A stretch of 24,815 nucleotides of DNA from a virus (lineage: Duplodnaviria; Caudoviricetes), in the IMG/VR virus record IMGVR_UViG_3300037692_000289, positions 1 to 24,815 of that record; one strand, given 5' to 3'. The first letter of the stretch is position 1. The number at the start of each line of letters is the position of its first letter. Both the position numbers and the translations under genes were made by a program. Of this stretch, positions 5,655 through 14,391 are shown piece after piece. Under the pieces are notes generated by a model. The model searched no databases and was not told the origin of the DNA. It was given only the letters and a program-made list of their open reading frames with translations.

Positions 5655-5683
5655 TTGCCCCCGCCCGCCCCCTCGCGTACAAT
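5655..5683 (+). promoter_or_regulatory. sigma70-type promoter for the packaging/virion operon
   Basis: TTGCCC-17 bp-TACAAT ending 31 bp before ATG5715; the spacer contains CCGCCCGC like the two leftward promoters. Confidence 0.6.
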
Positions 5684-5714
5684 TCCGCGATAGGTCAAGG
5701 ACCAAGGGGCACAG

Positions 5715-6233
5715 ATGGAACTTGGGGAATTGGTGAGCGAGGGGAAGCCCGGTTTGGCGAAGGTTCGGTATAGTCACCTCGATATGATTGATACGCTGAT
5801 CTCGCAGCCGTGGGTGAGCCAGAACGACCTGGCGCTGCGCTACGGGTATACGCCAGGGTGGGTTAGTACGGTGATGGCGAGTGACGCTTTCCAAGCGGCG
5901 CTGGCAGCCCGCCGCGAGGAAGTAGTCAACCCCGCGATGAAGGCCTCGCTGGAGGAGCGCTTCCGCGCGGTTACGGTGCAGAGTTTGACGAGGCTGGCGG
6001 AAGAGCTGGACAAGCCAGTGTGCAGCCCGAATGTGATGCTGAGGGCGGCGGAGTTAGGGGCGAAGAGCCTCGGCCTGGGGGGCCACGCTCCGCCGCCGCC
6101 CGCTCCTCCGGGGGACAGCTTGGCGAGGCTGGCGGATCGCTTGATCGCTCTGCAATCGAACGTGCGCCAGGGCACGACGTATGAGGGGCGGGGGGAGCCG
6201 GTGCTGGTCGAGGGGGAAGACACAAGCCGATGA
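5715..6233 (+). CDS. Putative terminase small subunit (N-terminal HTH)
   Basis: HTH-like SQNDLALRYGYTPGWVSTVM followed by helical segments; first gene of the late operon; AAGGGG RBS. The TerS call is from architecture and position. Confidence 0.6.
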   Translation: MELGELVSEGKPGLAKVRYSHLDMIDTLISQPWVSQNDLALRYGYTPGWVSTVMASDAFQAALAARREEVVNPAMKASLEERFRAVTVQSLTRLAEELDKPVCSPNVMLRAAELGAKSLGLGGHAPPPPAPPGDSLARLADRLIALQSNVRQGTTYEGRGEPVLVEGEDTSR

Positions 6234-6619
6234 GTTACTCGCTAAACAAAGACGAGAAGAGGCTTGACTCGGGGTGCGAACGCTTGCGGGACTGGATAGA
6301 GGATCGCTGGCTGTATGCCGGGTGCTTTAATCGAAGAGCCGTAAATCTTCCTGTGTTAGGTACATTACGTGCACAGACCTTTTCTGTTATGGCAAACACA
6401 GAACAGGACGCGGTAAACTGGATGCTTGCAGAATTTCAAAGCCTTGCAAAGCGCTTTCCAGAAGCAACACATGTAATGTGGCGCTGTGAGCCAGAGTGGA
6501 GGACCGAGGAAAGTGGTCGTGGCAATCTGTGGCTTCGCCTGGCTCTCTTTAATGCTGCTGGTCAGGTTTTACTTGATCACGAGAAAAAAGAGTGCCAGCC
6601 GGCTTATGACCCTTCGTGA
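6230..6619 (+). CDS. Hypothetical protein (129 aa), visibly lower GC than its neighbours
   Basis: ATGA coupling to the upstream gene. Confidence 0.7.
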   Translation: MSYSLNKDEKRLDSGCERLRDWIEDRWLYAGCFNRRAVNLPVLGTLRAQTFSVMANTEQDAVNWMLAEFQSLAKRFPEATHVMWRCEPEWRTEESGRGNLWLRLALFNAAGQVLLDHEKKECQPAYDPS

Positions 6620-6713
6620 GCTTTTAGTGGCCGCCCGTAAGCGTCCGCCGCTCCCCCGTGGCCCGGTGAAGAAGCCCGGGCGCAGCCGTCCTGGGAAGCG
6701 AGGCGGGCGGTGA
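6606..6713 (+). CDS. Small Arg/Lys/Pro-rich peptide (35 aa, MTLRELLVAARKRPPLPRGPVKKPGRSRPGKRGGR)
   Basis: ATG6606; its TGA overlaps GTG6710 of the next gene; fills the gap. RBS is weak. Confidence 0.4.
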   Translation: MTLRELLVAARKRPPLPRGPVKKPGRSRPGKRGGR

Positions 6714-6976
6714 GCGGCCTGGACCAGGCGATAGTCCAGATGGAACTCCTCGTGGAGGGCTTTGGCCAGGGAACTACGGGCGCGCCGAAGCCGGGGACGG
6801 CAGAGTGGTTCCTCCTCCGGGCGCACGCCCTGGGGCTCTCTAGCCTCCGGCGGATGCAGCAGCTCGATGTGGCTAAGGACCCGGCGGCCGCCGAACGCTT
6901 CTACCGACGGTGCAGCCACGACTTTAAGCGCCTAACCGTCCCTGACCCCGTGCAGGTTGTGAAGGACCCTGCGTGA
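6710..6976 (+). CDS. Hypothetical protein (88 aa)
   Basis: GAGG RBS, GTGA overlaps on both sides. Confidence 0.7.
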   Translation: MSGLDQAIVQMELLVEGFGQGTTGAPKPGTAEWFLLRAHALGLSSLRRMQQLDVAKDPAAAERFYRRCSHDFKRLTVPDPVQVVKDPA

Positions 6977-7290
6977 TCCGGGTCACGTTTAAGCCGCTTG
7001 CCGTCGGCGAGATCCGGAAAGAGACCTTCTCGTTCCTCAGTGCTCTCGCAGTGGGCGAGACGATCTCGACGCAGAGTGTGGTTGCCTCCGTCTACAGCGG
7101 CACGGACGCTACCCCCTCTGACCTGGTTAGTGGCTCGGCCAGCGCTTCGGGGGCGGTCGTAACCCAGGCGCTCGATGGCACCGCTGCCGTCCTCGGCGTG
7201 ATCTACCATCTCGTCTGCACTATCACGACCTCCGCCTCGCAGACACTCCAGGCGGGTGGCTACCTCGCAGTTGTGCCTGACACACCCTGA
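6973..7290 (+). CDS. Small beta-rich virion protein, fibre/adaptor-like
   Basis: Ala/Ser/Thr/Val-rich; LAVGETIST...GVIYHLVCTITTS pattern recalled from small phage adaptor proteins; coupled to the 703-aa gene. Confidence 0.55.
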   Translation: MIRVTFKPLAVGEIRKETFSFLSALAVGETISTQSVVASVYSGTDATPSDLVSGSASASGAVVTQALDGTAAVLGVIYHLVCTITTSASQTLQAGGYLAVVPDTP

Positions 7291-9401
7291 TGTCCAACAC
7301 GAACCGCCCGCACGGGTTTCACCCAGTCTCCTACCTCAACGGGGCGCCCTGGAACGGGCAGGCCCGCACGTACTACATCCCAGCGGGGGACGGTGACGCT
7401 TACTTCGCAGGGGACCCGGTTAAGACGCAGGCAGGCGCCTCCGCCGGGATGGCTGCCGGGCAGATGTCGGTGGGAGTGGCCAGGGTAGCTAAAGCGGCTG
7501 GAACCGACGTAGTGCGGGGTGTGGCGATTGCCTTCGGCGCAAACCCCGCGGACCCTTCGGCTAGCAGCATCCCGGCGGTGAAGCGCAGCTCCTACCTCGT
7601 CGCTGTGGTGGATGACCCTTTGGTACTCTTCGAGGTCCAGGGAGATAATGAGGGTATTCTCGAAGCGACGGTGATTGGCAAGTTCGCCAGCTTCAACGTC
7701 GCGACGCCAGACTCCGCCGGGTTCAGCGCCAGCACGCTCAACACCGCGAGTATCGACAGCGACTCTGGGCTTCCCCTCCGCATCCTCGGCCTTGCGAGCG
7801 GAACTTTTGGCCCCTACTGCCGCTTCCTCGTGGTGTGGAACTTGCACGAGCTGCAGGGCGGTACGACGACGGAAGCAGTGGTGGGGGACCAGGCAGCGAA
7901 CACTGTGTACGCTGGCCCAGAGAGCGGGGCGGATGACGCTCCGGAGTTTCGGGAACTTGTTCTGGAGGACTTGCCTAGCGAGGTTCAGACCCTCGTCACT
8001 TCGCCGGTGGCTGGCGGTCGTGTCGCGGCGGATGGAACGTTGCTTGCATCGACAGGCCTGGTTGGTGCGGACCGTGTCGGCCTTGGCGACTACACCGCCA
8101 CGATCGACGGCACAGCGCAGACGATTGGCGGCTTCATCCAGATGTGGCCGGTTGCGACGCCTTCAGGGCAGTCAGGGGATGGCGGATTGGGGATTAGCGC
8201 GTTCAAGGCTTACAGCGGCAATGCGGTAGCAGAGACGGACGCCACAGATCAAATCCAGTTCTATCGCTCCTCTGTATACAACAAAGTCTATGCGCTTGGC
8301 ACCGCCACTGACAACATCTGGATTCATGACATTGATGACTGGACTGCAACGGCTACCCAGGAAGATCCTGGATCTGACCCGATTCGTACCGCCGGCCAAT
8401 CAGGAGCTATGGACTACGAAGGTGAGGTTATTTGGCTCTCTGGTGACTCCACTCCATATTCAGTTCGCGCCTATGTCATAGCCACTGACACGCACGTTGA
8501 TTTTAGTACTACAGCGGATCACATTGTCATGGGAGCTAGGGACGGAAACCTCATGGTGCACGAGGGTAGTAGTACTAAGTCGTTTCTCCCTAACTTAGGG
8601 ACGTCGGCTATGGGGTCTGCCGTCGATACCTGGGCGATTGACACCAATAACTCGATTGATTTAACTGTTACGTGGGACAAGAACTCTTACGGTTGGACTT
8701 GGGCTAGCAACAATCTTTACGCGTTCCAGTTTGGAAACGCAGTATTTGACACGCATGCGTTTCCGTATGAGATAGATGCATCCGGGTCAGTCCTACAAGT
8801 TAACCAGGGAGATTGTCCGCCTGTTTATGACTCTTTGCGCCACGCGCTTCTAATATCACTGCGTCGAGATGCCTCTACGATTCAACCTGGAATATGGCGC
8901 TATTCTGGGTGGGTTCCAGGTGTAGATAATTCAGGCCACTGGGAACGACTTACTTCTGGCCACAGACACCTTTCAATTGTCCATGATCCGGTGATGGATC
9001 TCATAGCGGCAGTGAATTATTACGAGGAAGACGAGGTATATCGATACACGGCACAGGACGGCCTATTAATCGACACGGTGTCAGTTGGAGACACGACTGC
9101 TCCGGACAACGAGCAAGTAGATTATGACCTTGATCAATCACGGCGGTGCTTCTATCTAGATAACTCTTTCTACATTGGAGGCGCAAAAGGGGCGACACAC
9201 TACATCATCAGAATCGACTACAACGGCGACGAAATAACCGACATCAGCGGATCTGGTGTGGCCGCGGTATCCAGCGTCCTAGTCGCGCAGACCAGCGTCA
9301 TCAACGCCACGACGGCGGGCATTCAGATCTACCGCGTTGGCGGGTCGGATCCTCAAGTACGGGCGGACGCGCAGTTCAGCGTCCACATAGGCTTCAAGTA
9401 A
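7290..9401 (+). CDS. Virion protein: decoration-like N-terminal domain, fibre linker and putative receptor-binding beta-rich domain (703 aa)
   Basis: aa 1-190 align by eye with all of 15007..15597; DQAANTVYAGPESGADDAPEFRELVLEDLP is a fibre-type linker; aromatic/Asp-rich C-terminal region. Confidence 0.75.
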   Translation: MSNTNRPHGFHPVSYLNGAPWNGQARTYYIPAGDGDAYFAGDPVKTQAGASAGMAAGQMSVGVARVAKAAGTDVVRGVAIAFGANPADPSASSIPAVKRSSYLVAVVDDPLVLFEVQGDNEGILEATVIGKFASFNVATPDSAGFSASTLNTASIDSDSGLPLRILGLASGTFGPYCRFLVVWNLHELQGGTTTEAVVGDQAANTVYAGPESGADDAPEFRELVLEDLPSEVQTLVTSPVAGGRVAADGTLLASTGLVGADRVGLGDYTATIDGTAQTIGGFIQMWPVATPSGQSGDGGLGISAFKAYSGNAVAETDATDQIQFYRSSVYNKVYALGTATDNIWIHDIDDWTATATQEDPGSDPIRTAGQSGAMDYEGEVIWLSGDSTPYSVRAYVIATDTHVDFSTTADHIVMGARDGNLMVHEGSSTKSFLPNLGTSAMGSAVDTWAIDTNNSIDLTVTWDKNSYGWTWASNNLYAFQFGNAVFDTHAFPYEIDASGSVLQVNQGDCPPVYDSLRHALLISLRRDASTIQPGIWRYSGWVPGVDNSGHWERLTSGHRHLSIVHDPVMDLIAAVNYYEEDEVYRYTAQDGLLIDTVSVGDTTAPDNEQVDYDLDQSRRCFYLDNSFYIGGAKGATHYIIRIDYNGDEITDISGSGVAAVSSVLVAQTSVINATTAGIQIYRVGGSDPQVRADAQFSVHIGFK

Positions 9402-10867
9402 TGGAACACCGCCCAGTCAAGCTAACGGCCGACCTCGTCGAAGCCCTCGCGGGAGTCTTCCTCTCCCCTCGCTACGACGAGCCACGGCCTACGCCGCCCT
9501 TCCACCGGGAGGCCTGGGAACTCTACTGCAGCCCCCACACCCAGGTCGCCTGCATCGCTCCCCGTGACCATGCGAAGTCAACGGGCCTGACCTTCGACTA
9601 TGGGCTGGCGGAGGTCCTCTTCCGCACAAGCGACTACGTCATCATTATTGGAAGCACGGAAGACAAGGCCGGCGAACAGCTGGGCAACCTCTCTGACGAG
9701 CTTCACGATAATGAAGAGCTTCGGCGGGAGTTCGGCGTGAAGAGCTTCGAGTCGGACACTAAGCACGAGATTATCGTGCGGATGCAAGATGACTGGCGCT
9801 TCCGCATCCTAGCCCGCGGGGCAGAGCAGAAGATCCGGGGCTCTCTTTGGAAGGGCAAGAGGCCAAACCTCATCATCTGCGATGATATGGAGGACGATGA
9901 GCAGGTTGAGAACAAGGACAGGCGGACGAAGTTCCGCCGGTGGTTCTTCCGCGCGGCGAAGCAAGCTCTCTCCCAGAGCGGCAAGATCCGCGTCCACGGG
10001 ACGATCCTGCATGAGGATAGCCTCCTGAGCCGCATCCGGCGCATGAAGAGCTGGAACCACGTGTTCTATAAAGCGCACAACAGCTTCGACGACTTCGGCG
10101 GCCTCCTGTGGCCCGAGCGCTGGACGGAGGAGCGGCTTCGCCTCCGCCGCCAGGAGTTCATCGAGGACGGCGACTCTGGGGGGTACAGTCAAGAGTTCCT
10201 CAACGACCCGCAGGACAACAGTGATTCGTTCCTTCGCAAGGACGACTTCATCCCGATGACGGATGATGATGCGAAGTGTTGGAAGACAGTGCATGCCGCC
10301 GCGGACTTCGCCGTCTCCAAGGCCGACATGGCTAACCGGACTAGCTTCACCGTCGGGGGGAAGTGTGTGAGGAACCTGCTTCACTTCCTCGACTTTCGTG
10401 TTGGGCGGTGGGACCCAGTGGAATGGATCGAGGAAATGTTTTCGATCCAGAAGCGGCACAGCCCAGAGGTCTTCTGGGTTGAGGACGGCGTGATTTGGCA
10501 GGCGGTGAAGCGTATCGTCTTCGAAGAGATGCATAAGAGGGATATCTGGATCAACATCGAGGCGGTCCCGAGTATCCGAGACAAAGCGACAAGGGGGACG
10601 AGCTTGCGGAAGCGGATGCGAGCTGGCGGGACGCGGTGGAATACGCTGGCGGAAGGGTACGAAGACGCGCGGGCGGAGATGCTTCGCTTCACCGGGAATG
10701 CCGCCGCCCGCTTGGATGACCAATTCGACTCCGCCGCCCTCCTCAGCCTCGGCTTCGATCGCTCTGCCGTGGTGGAGGAGGAGGATGAGATCCCTGAGGA
10801 AGAGTGGATGATGCGTCGGGAAGATCCCCGGCGGAGCGATGGTCGCAGTTTGGTAACCGGCTACTAA
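9401..10867 (+). CDS. terL: Terminase large subunit
   Basis: Walker A-like IAPRDHAKST, Walker B LIICDDME, coupling motif VHGT, nuclease motifs AADFA and DDQFDS. Confidence 0.95.
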   Translation: MEHRPVKLTADLVEALAGVFLSPRYDEPRPTPPFHREAWELYCSPHTQVACIAPRDHAKSTGLTFDYGLAEVLFRTSDYVIIIGSTEDKAGEQLGNLSDELHDNEELRREFGVKSFESDTKHEIIVRMQDDWRFRILARGAEQKIRGSLWKGKRPNLIICDDMEDDEQVENKDRRTKFRRWFFRAAKQALSQSGKIRVHGTILHEDSLLSRIRRMKSWNHVFYKAHNSFDDFGGLLWPERWTEERLRLRRQEFIEDGDSGGYSQEFLNDPQDNSDSFLRKDDFIPMTDDDAKCWKTVHAAADFAVSKADMANRTSFTVGGKCVRNLLHFLDFRVGRWDPVEWIEEMFSIQKRHSPEVFWVEDGVIWQAVKRIVFEEMHKRDIWINIEAVPSIRDKATRGTSLRKRMRAGGTRWNTLAEGYEDARAEMLRFTGNAAARLDDQFDSAALLSLGFDRSAVVEEEDEIPEEEWMMRREDPRRSDGRSLVTGY

Positions 10868-10868
10868 C

Positions 10869-12920
10869 ATGCTTGAGTTGAACAAGTACATCAAGTTGGA
10901 CGAGGACGCGGTGAAAGCTGCGAACCTGACCTCACGGTTTAGCCAGGAGGACCTCACAGCGATCGCGGATGCTGTCTGGGAGGGGTACCAGCGGGATTTG
11001 AACTCCCGGGCGACCTGGGAAGCTCGCACAAACGCTGCGATGGACCTCGCGATGCAGATTGTAGGGACGAAGAACTTCCCCTGGCCGGGGGCTAGCAACG
11101 TCGCTTTCCCTCTCGTGACCATCGCCGTGATGCAGTTTCACGCCCGAGCCTACCCGAACTTGATCTCCGGCAGCAATGTGGTCAAAATGCGGGTCCTGGG
11201 GGAAGATCCAGAGGGCGAGAGGGACGCTGTAGCCCGGCGGATCTCCTCGCATATGTCTTACCAAGTCCTAGAAGAGGACGAGGGTTGGGAACCTGGGATG
11301 GATTCCCTCCTTATTAACTACAGCGTCGTGGGAACGGCGTTCAAAAAGGCCCGCTTTAGTGGCTCAAAGAGCCATAATGTCTCAGAACTCGTCCTCGCTC
11401 GCGACCTCGTGGTGGATTACTGGACGCAAGACTTCGAAAACTGCCCCAGGAAGACACACGTCATTCCCTTTTTCCGGAATGAGATCTGGGAACAGGTCAA
11501 GCGCGGCGTTTTCCGGGACGTTTTGGACGAAGCTTGGTATCAACAGCCGCCCGCGCCTCGCTCCAGCACGACACAGACGCAAATTGACCAGCGCTCGGGG
11601 CAAACTCCTCCCGCGACGGACGATACGACGCCTTTCACTGTGCTGGAGCAGCACACTTGCCTCGACCTGGACGGCGATGGCTATGCAGAGCCCTACATAA
11701 TCAGCATCGAGGCGGGTTCGAAGACCGTTCTGCAGATTGCCTGTCGCTTCGAGCGCTTTGAGGAAGACGTAGAGCGCAACGCGAAGGGCGAAATCGTTCA
11801 AATCCAGGCGACTGAGTACTTTGAGCGCTACTTGTTCCTCCCCTCCCCGGACGGCGGAGTGTATGGCCTGGGCTTTGGCGTCCTCCTCGGCCCGTTGAAC
11901 GAGTCGGTCAACTCCCTTGTGAACCAGCTCATCGACGCTGGCACGATGTCGAACAGTGCCGGGGGCTTTCTCGCGCGAGGAGCGAAGCTTCGCGGCGGCG
12001 TCTACACTTTCGCTCCGCTGGAGTGGAAGCGAGTCGACTCGACCGGGGATGATCTGAAGAAGTCTATCTTCCCGCTCCCCGTGAGGGAGCCCTCCACCGT
12101 CCTGTTCCAGCTCTTAGGCCTCTTAATCCAGTACGCGGACCGTATCCCAGGGACGAACGAAGCAAACGTGGGGGAGAACATCGGGCAGAACACGCCGGCG
12201 GAAACTGCCCGGAGTATGCTCCTGGAGGGGAAGAAAGTCTACGCCGCCGTGTTCAAGCGATGCTGGCGGGCGATGCGCGGGGAGTTCAGGAAGCTCTACA
12301 GGCTCAACTCTCTCTACCTTTCAGACCAGCCGCGCAGGGTTGGCGGGGTGCAGATCTCCCGAGGGGACTACCTTGCGGACCCGAAGAGTATCATTCCAGC
12401 CGCCGACCCCAACGTAACCTCGGATGAGCTGAAACTATCCCAAGCGCAAGCCCTTATCGAGGCCGCTTACTCCCGCCCTGGCTACGACTACGTTGCGGTC
12501 GAGCGCTTGTGGCTTCGCGCCCTCAAGGTCGATGAGGCTGAGGCTGTCTACCCAGGGCCGGGGAAGGCAAACGTTCCGCCGCTGGGCGGCAAAGATCCCA
12601 AAGTCGAAGTGCAGGAGTCCAAAGAGCGGCTTGAAATGGCCCAAATGGACAGGGATACGCAGCTCGAGATCCTGCAGCTCCGTGTTGAGGCAGAGGAATC
12701 CCAAGCCAAGATCGACAAGTTGCGGGCAGAGACGATGAAGCTCTTGACTGAGATGCAAGGCGAGCCCGCGAAGCAAGAACTCGAGAAGATGAACGTCATC
12801 TTCGACGCGATGAATATGAAAGAACAAAACACAATCAACCGCATTGACTTGATGCTTAAGGCCAAGAAACTGCAGGTTGATGAGAAGAAGCTGGAGAAGG
12901 CAAATGCCGGAGCTAAGTAG
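10869..12920 (+). CDS. Portal protein (P22-like, long C-terminal coiled coil)
   Basis: Directly follows terL; 683 aa; FPWPGASNV, YGLGFG.LL and NQLIDAG motifs typical of podoviral portals; heptad-rich C-terminus. Confidence 0.9.
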   Translation: MLELNKYIKLDEDAVKAANLTSRFSQEDLTAIADAVWEGYQRDLNSRATWEARTNAAMDLAMQIVGTKNFPWPGASNVAFPLVTIAVMQFHARAYPNLISGSNVVKMRVLGEDPEGERDAVARRISSHMSYQVLEEDEGWEPGMDSLLINYSVVGTAFKKARFSGSKSHNVSELVLARDLVVDYWTQDFENCPRKTHVIPFFRNEIWEQVKRGVFRDVLDEAWYQQPPAPRSSTTQTQIDQRSGQTPPATDDTTPFTVLEQHTCLDLDGDGYAEPYIISIEAGSKTVLQIACRFERFEEDVERNAKGEIVQIQATEYFERYLFLPSPDGGVYGLGFGVLLGPLNESVNSLVNQLIDAGTMSNSAGGFLARGAKLRGGVYTFAPLEWKRVDSTGDDLKKSIFPLPVREPSTVLFQLLGLLIQYADRIPGTNEANVGENIGQNTPAETARSMLLEGKKVYAAVFKRCWRAMRGEFRKLYRLNSLYLSDQPRRVGGVQISRGDYLADPKSIIPAADPNVTSDELKLSQAQALIEAAYSRPGYDYVAVERLWLRALKVDEAEAVYPGPGKANVPPLGGKDPKVEVQESKERLEMAQMDRDTQLEILQLRVEAEESQAKIDKLRAETMKLLTEMQGEPAKQELEKMNVIFDAMNMKEQNTINRIDLMLKAKKLQVDEKKLEKANAGAK

Positions 12921-13173
12921 CACACCTGAAGAGCAAGCGTTCAAGGACTGGTTGCTTAATCCAGTGACGAAGAAGCTGCGGGAAGCCGCTGAGAGGCGGA
13001 AGGAGACGCTGAAGGAAGAGTGGGCGTCAGGTTCCTTCACTGCGATGGAGCACTTCGGGACCGCGACACTGAACGCGAAAGCGATCGGGCGGGTGCAGGA
13101 GTTATCCTGGATAATTGAGCTAGACTTTACGGACCTTTACGAGGAGATGGAAATTGGACTCCGTCCAGAGTAG
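12904..13173 (+). CDS. Small hypothetical head-module protein (89 aa)
   Basis: ATG12904 after GGAGAAGG; FKDWLLNPVTK motif; lies between portal and GroES. Confidence 0.75.
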   Translation: MPELSSTPEEQAFKDWLLNPVTKKLREAAERRKETLKEEWASGSFTAMEHFGTATLNAKAIGRVQELSWIIELDFTDLYEEMEIGLRPE

Positions 13174-13510
13174 TGTGTTGAGCAACCCCTCGGGGCTTCG
13201 CCCGGCAGGTCGGGCTGTGCTTGTGCTGCCTTACGAGCCAGAATTTGACCGGGCGAGGCGTGAGAGTAACTTGATTATCCCCCAAACCGTGCGGGAAAGC
13301 ACGATGATGCTGGAGAATCGCGCAGTCGTCATCGCAGTAGGTGCGGCGGCGTGGGATGATGAGAAAGAGCCGCGCGCACGCGTAGGGGACTTAGTCCTCA
13401 TCACGAAATTCGCGGGCTTCGTGAGCCTCGGGGCGGATGGGAAGATCTATCGCCTTGTGAATGACAGAGACATTTTTTGCGTAATCGAGAAGGAGGCCGA
13501 ACATGGCTGA
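13154..13510 (+). CDS. groES: GroES/Cpn10-family co-chaperonin
   Basis: LRPAGRAVLV, mobile-loop SNLIIP, AVVIAVG, RVGDLVLITKFAG and YRLVNDRDIFCVI match Cpn10 motifs; exact start (TTG13154 or TTG13178) uncertain. Confidence 0.9.
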   Translation: MDSVQSSVLSNPSGLRPAGRAVLVLPYEPEFDRARRESNLIIPQTVRESTMMLENRAVVIAVGAAAWDDEKEPRARVGDLVLITKFAGFVSLGADGKIYRLVNDRDIFCVIEKEAEHG

Positions 13511-14390
13511 GGAAGGCGAGCAGGTCCTGGACGAAGGGCAAGAGGATGAAGCGGTTCTGGAGAGCAAGGCAGACCCCGCGGTACAAGCACAGGCGCAGCG
13601 CCTTGGCTGGATGCCGCCGGAGCGTTACAAGGGTGACCCAGAGAAGTTCGTCGACGCGGATGAGTTTGTGCGGCGGGGGGAAGAGGTTCTTCCCATCATT
13701 CGGCAGCAGAAAGCAAAGCTGGAAAGCGACGTAGGCCGCCTCTCTGGGGAGGTCTCTCACCTCAAGGAGATCATCGCGAAGAACCAAGAAGCGATGGCTG
13801 CTCTGGAGGAGTATCACACGGGGGAGACGAAGCGGAAGGTTGCTCAGGTCCGCAAGGAGCTGAAGAGCGAGATCGCGCGGGCGAGTGAGGCGGGGGACCA
13901 CGAGGCGCTGGCGGAGGCAACGGACCAGCTCTCGCAGCTGAATGAGCGAGTGGAAGAAACCGCGCCGGCGGCGAAGAGGCAAGAGACCCCGCCCGCAGAG
14001 CAGCTAGACCCTGGCTTCGTAGCTTGGGCAGAGGATACGGGCTGGTACGGGAAGGATCGCCGCCGGACCGCCCTCGCGAATGCTGTGGCTGTGGAGCTGC
14101 GGGAAAAGGGTGAGAAGTCAACCGGGCGGGAGTTCCTCGATCTCGTCGCGGCGGAGGTTGAGACTGAGCTTCCCCCTGTTCGCCGGGCTCGGCCCAGCCC
14201 CGAGAAGGTCGCGGGCGGTCGGTTAGGAAGCGGCTCCTCTGGCGGACGGAAGGGCTACGCCGACCTTCCCGCCGAAGCGAAGGCCGCCTGTGACACCTTC
14301 GCGGACCAGCTCGTAGGTGAGGGCCGGCGGTATAAGACGCTCGCGGACTGGCGGGCGAAGTACGCAAAAGATCATTTCGAAGAGGTATAA
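13503..14390 (+). CDS. Putative capsid scaffolding protein
   Basis: Acidic N-terminus, coiled-coil centre, located between portal and capsid genes; AAGGAGG RBS. Confidence 0.75.
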   Translation: MAEEGEQVLDEGQEDEAVLESKADPAVQAQAQRLGWMPPERYKGDPEKFVDADEFVRRGEEVLPIIRQQKAKLESDVGRLSGEVSHLKEIIAKNQEAMAALEEYHTGETKRKVAQVRKELKSEIARASEAGDHEALAEATDQLSQLNERVEETAPAAKRQETPPAEQLDPGFVAWAEDTGWYGKDRRRTALANAVAVELREKGEKSTGREFLDLVAAEVETELPPVRRARPSPEKVAGGRLGSGSSGGRKGYADLPAEAKAACDTFADQLVGEGRRYKTLADWRAKYAKDHFEEV

Positions 14391-14391
14391 C

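Noticed and set aside
5123-5736. Several overlapping ORFs on both strands of the control region
   Set aside because: No convincing RBS or protein-like composition; better explained as regulatory DNA.
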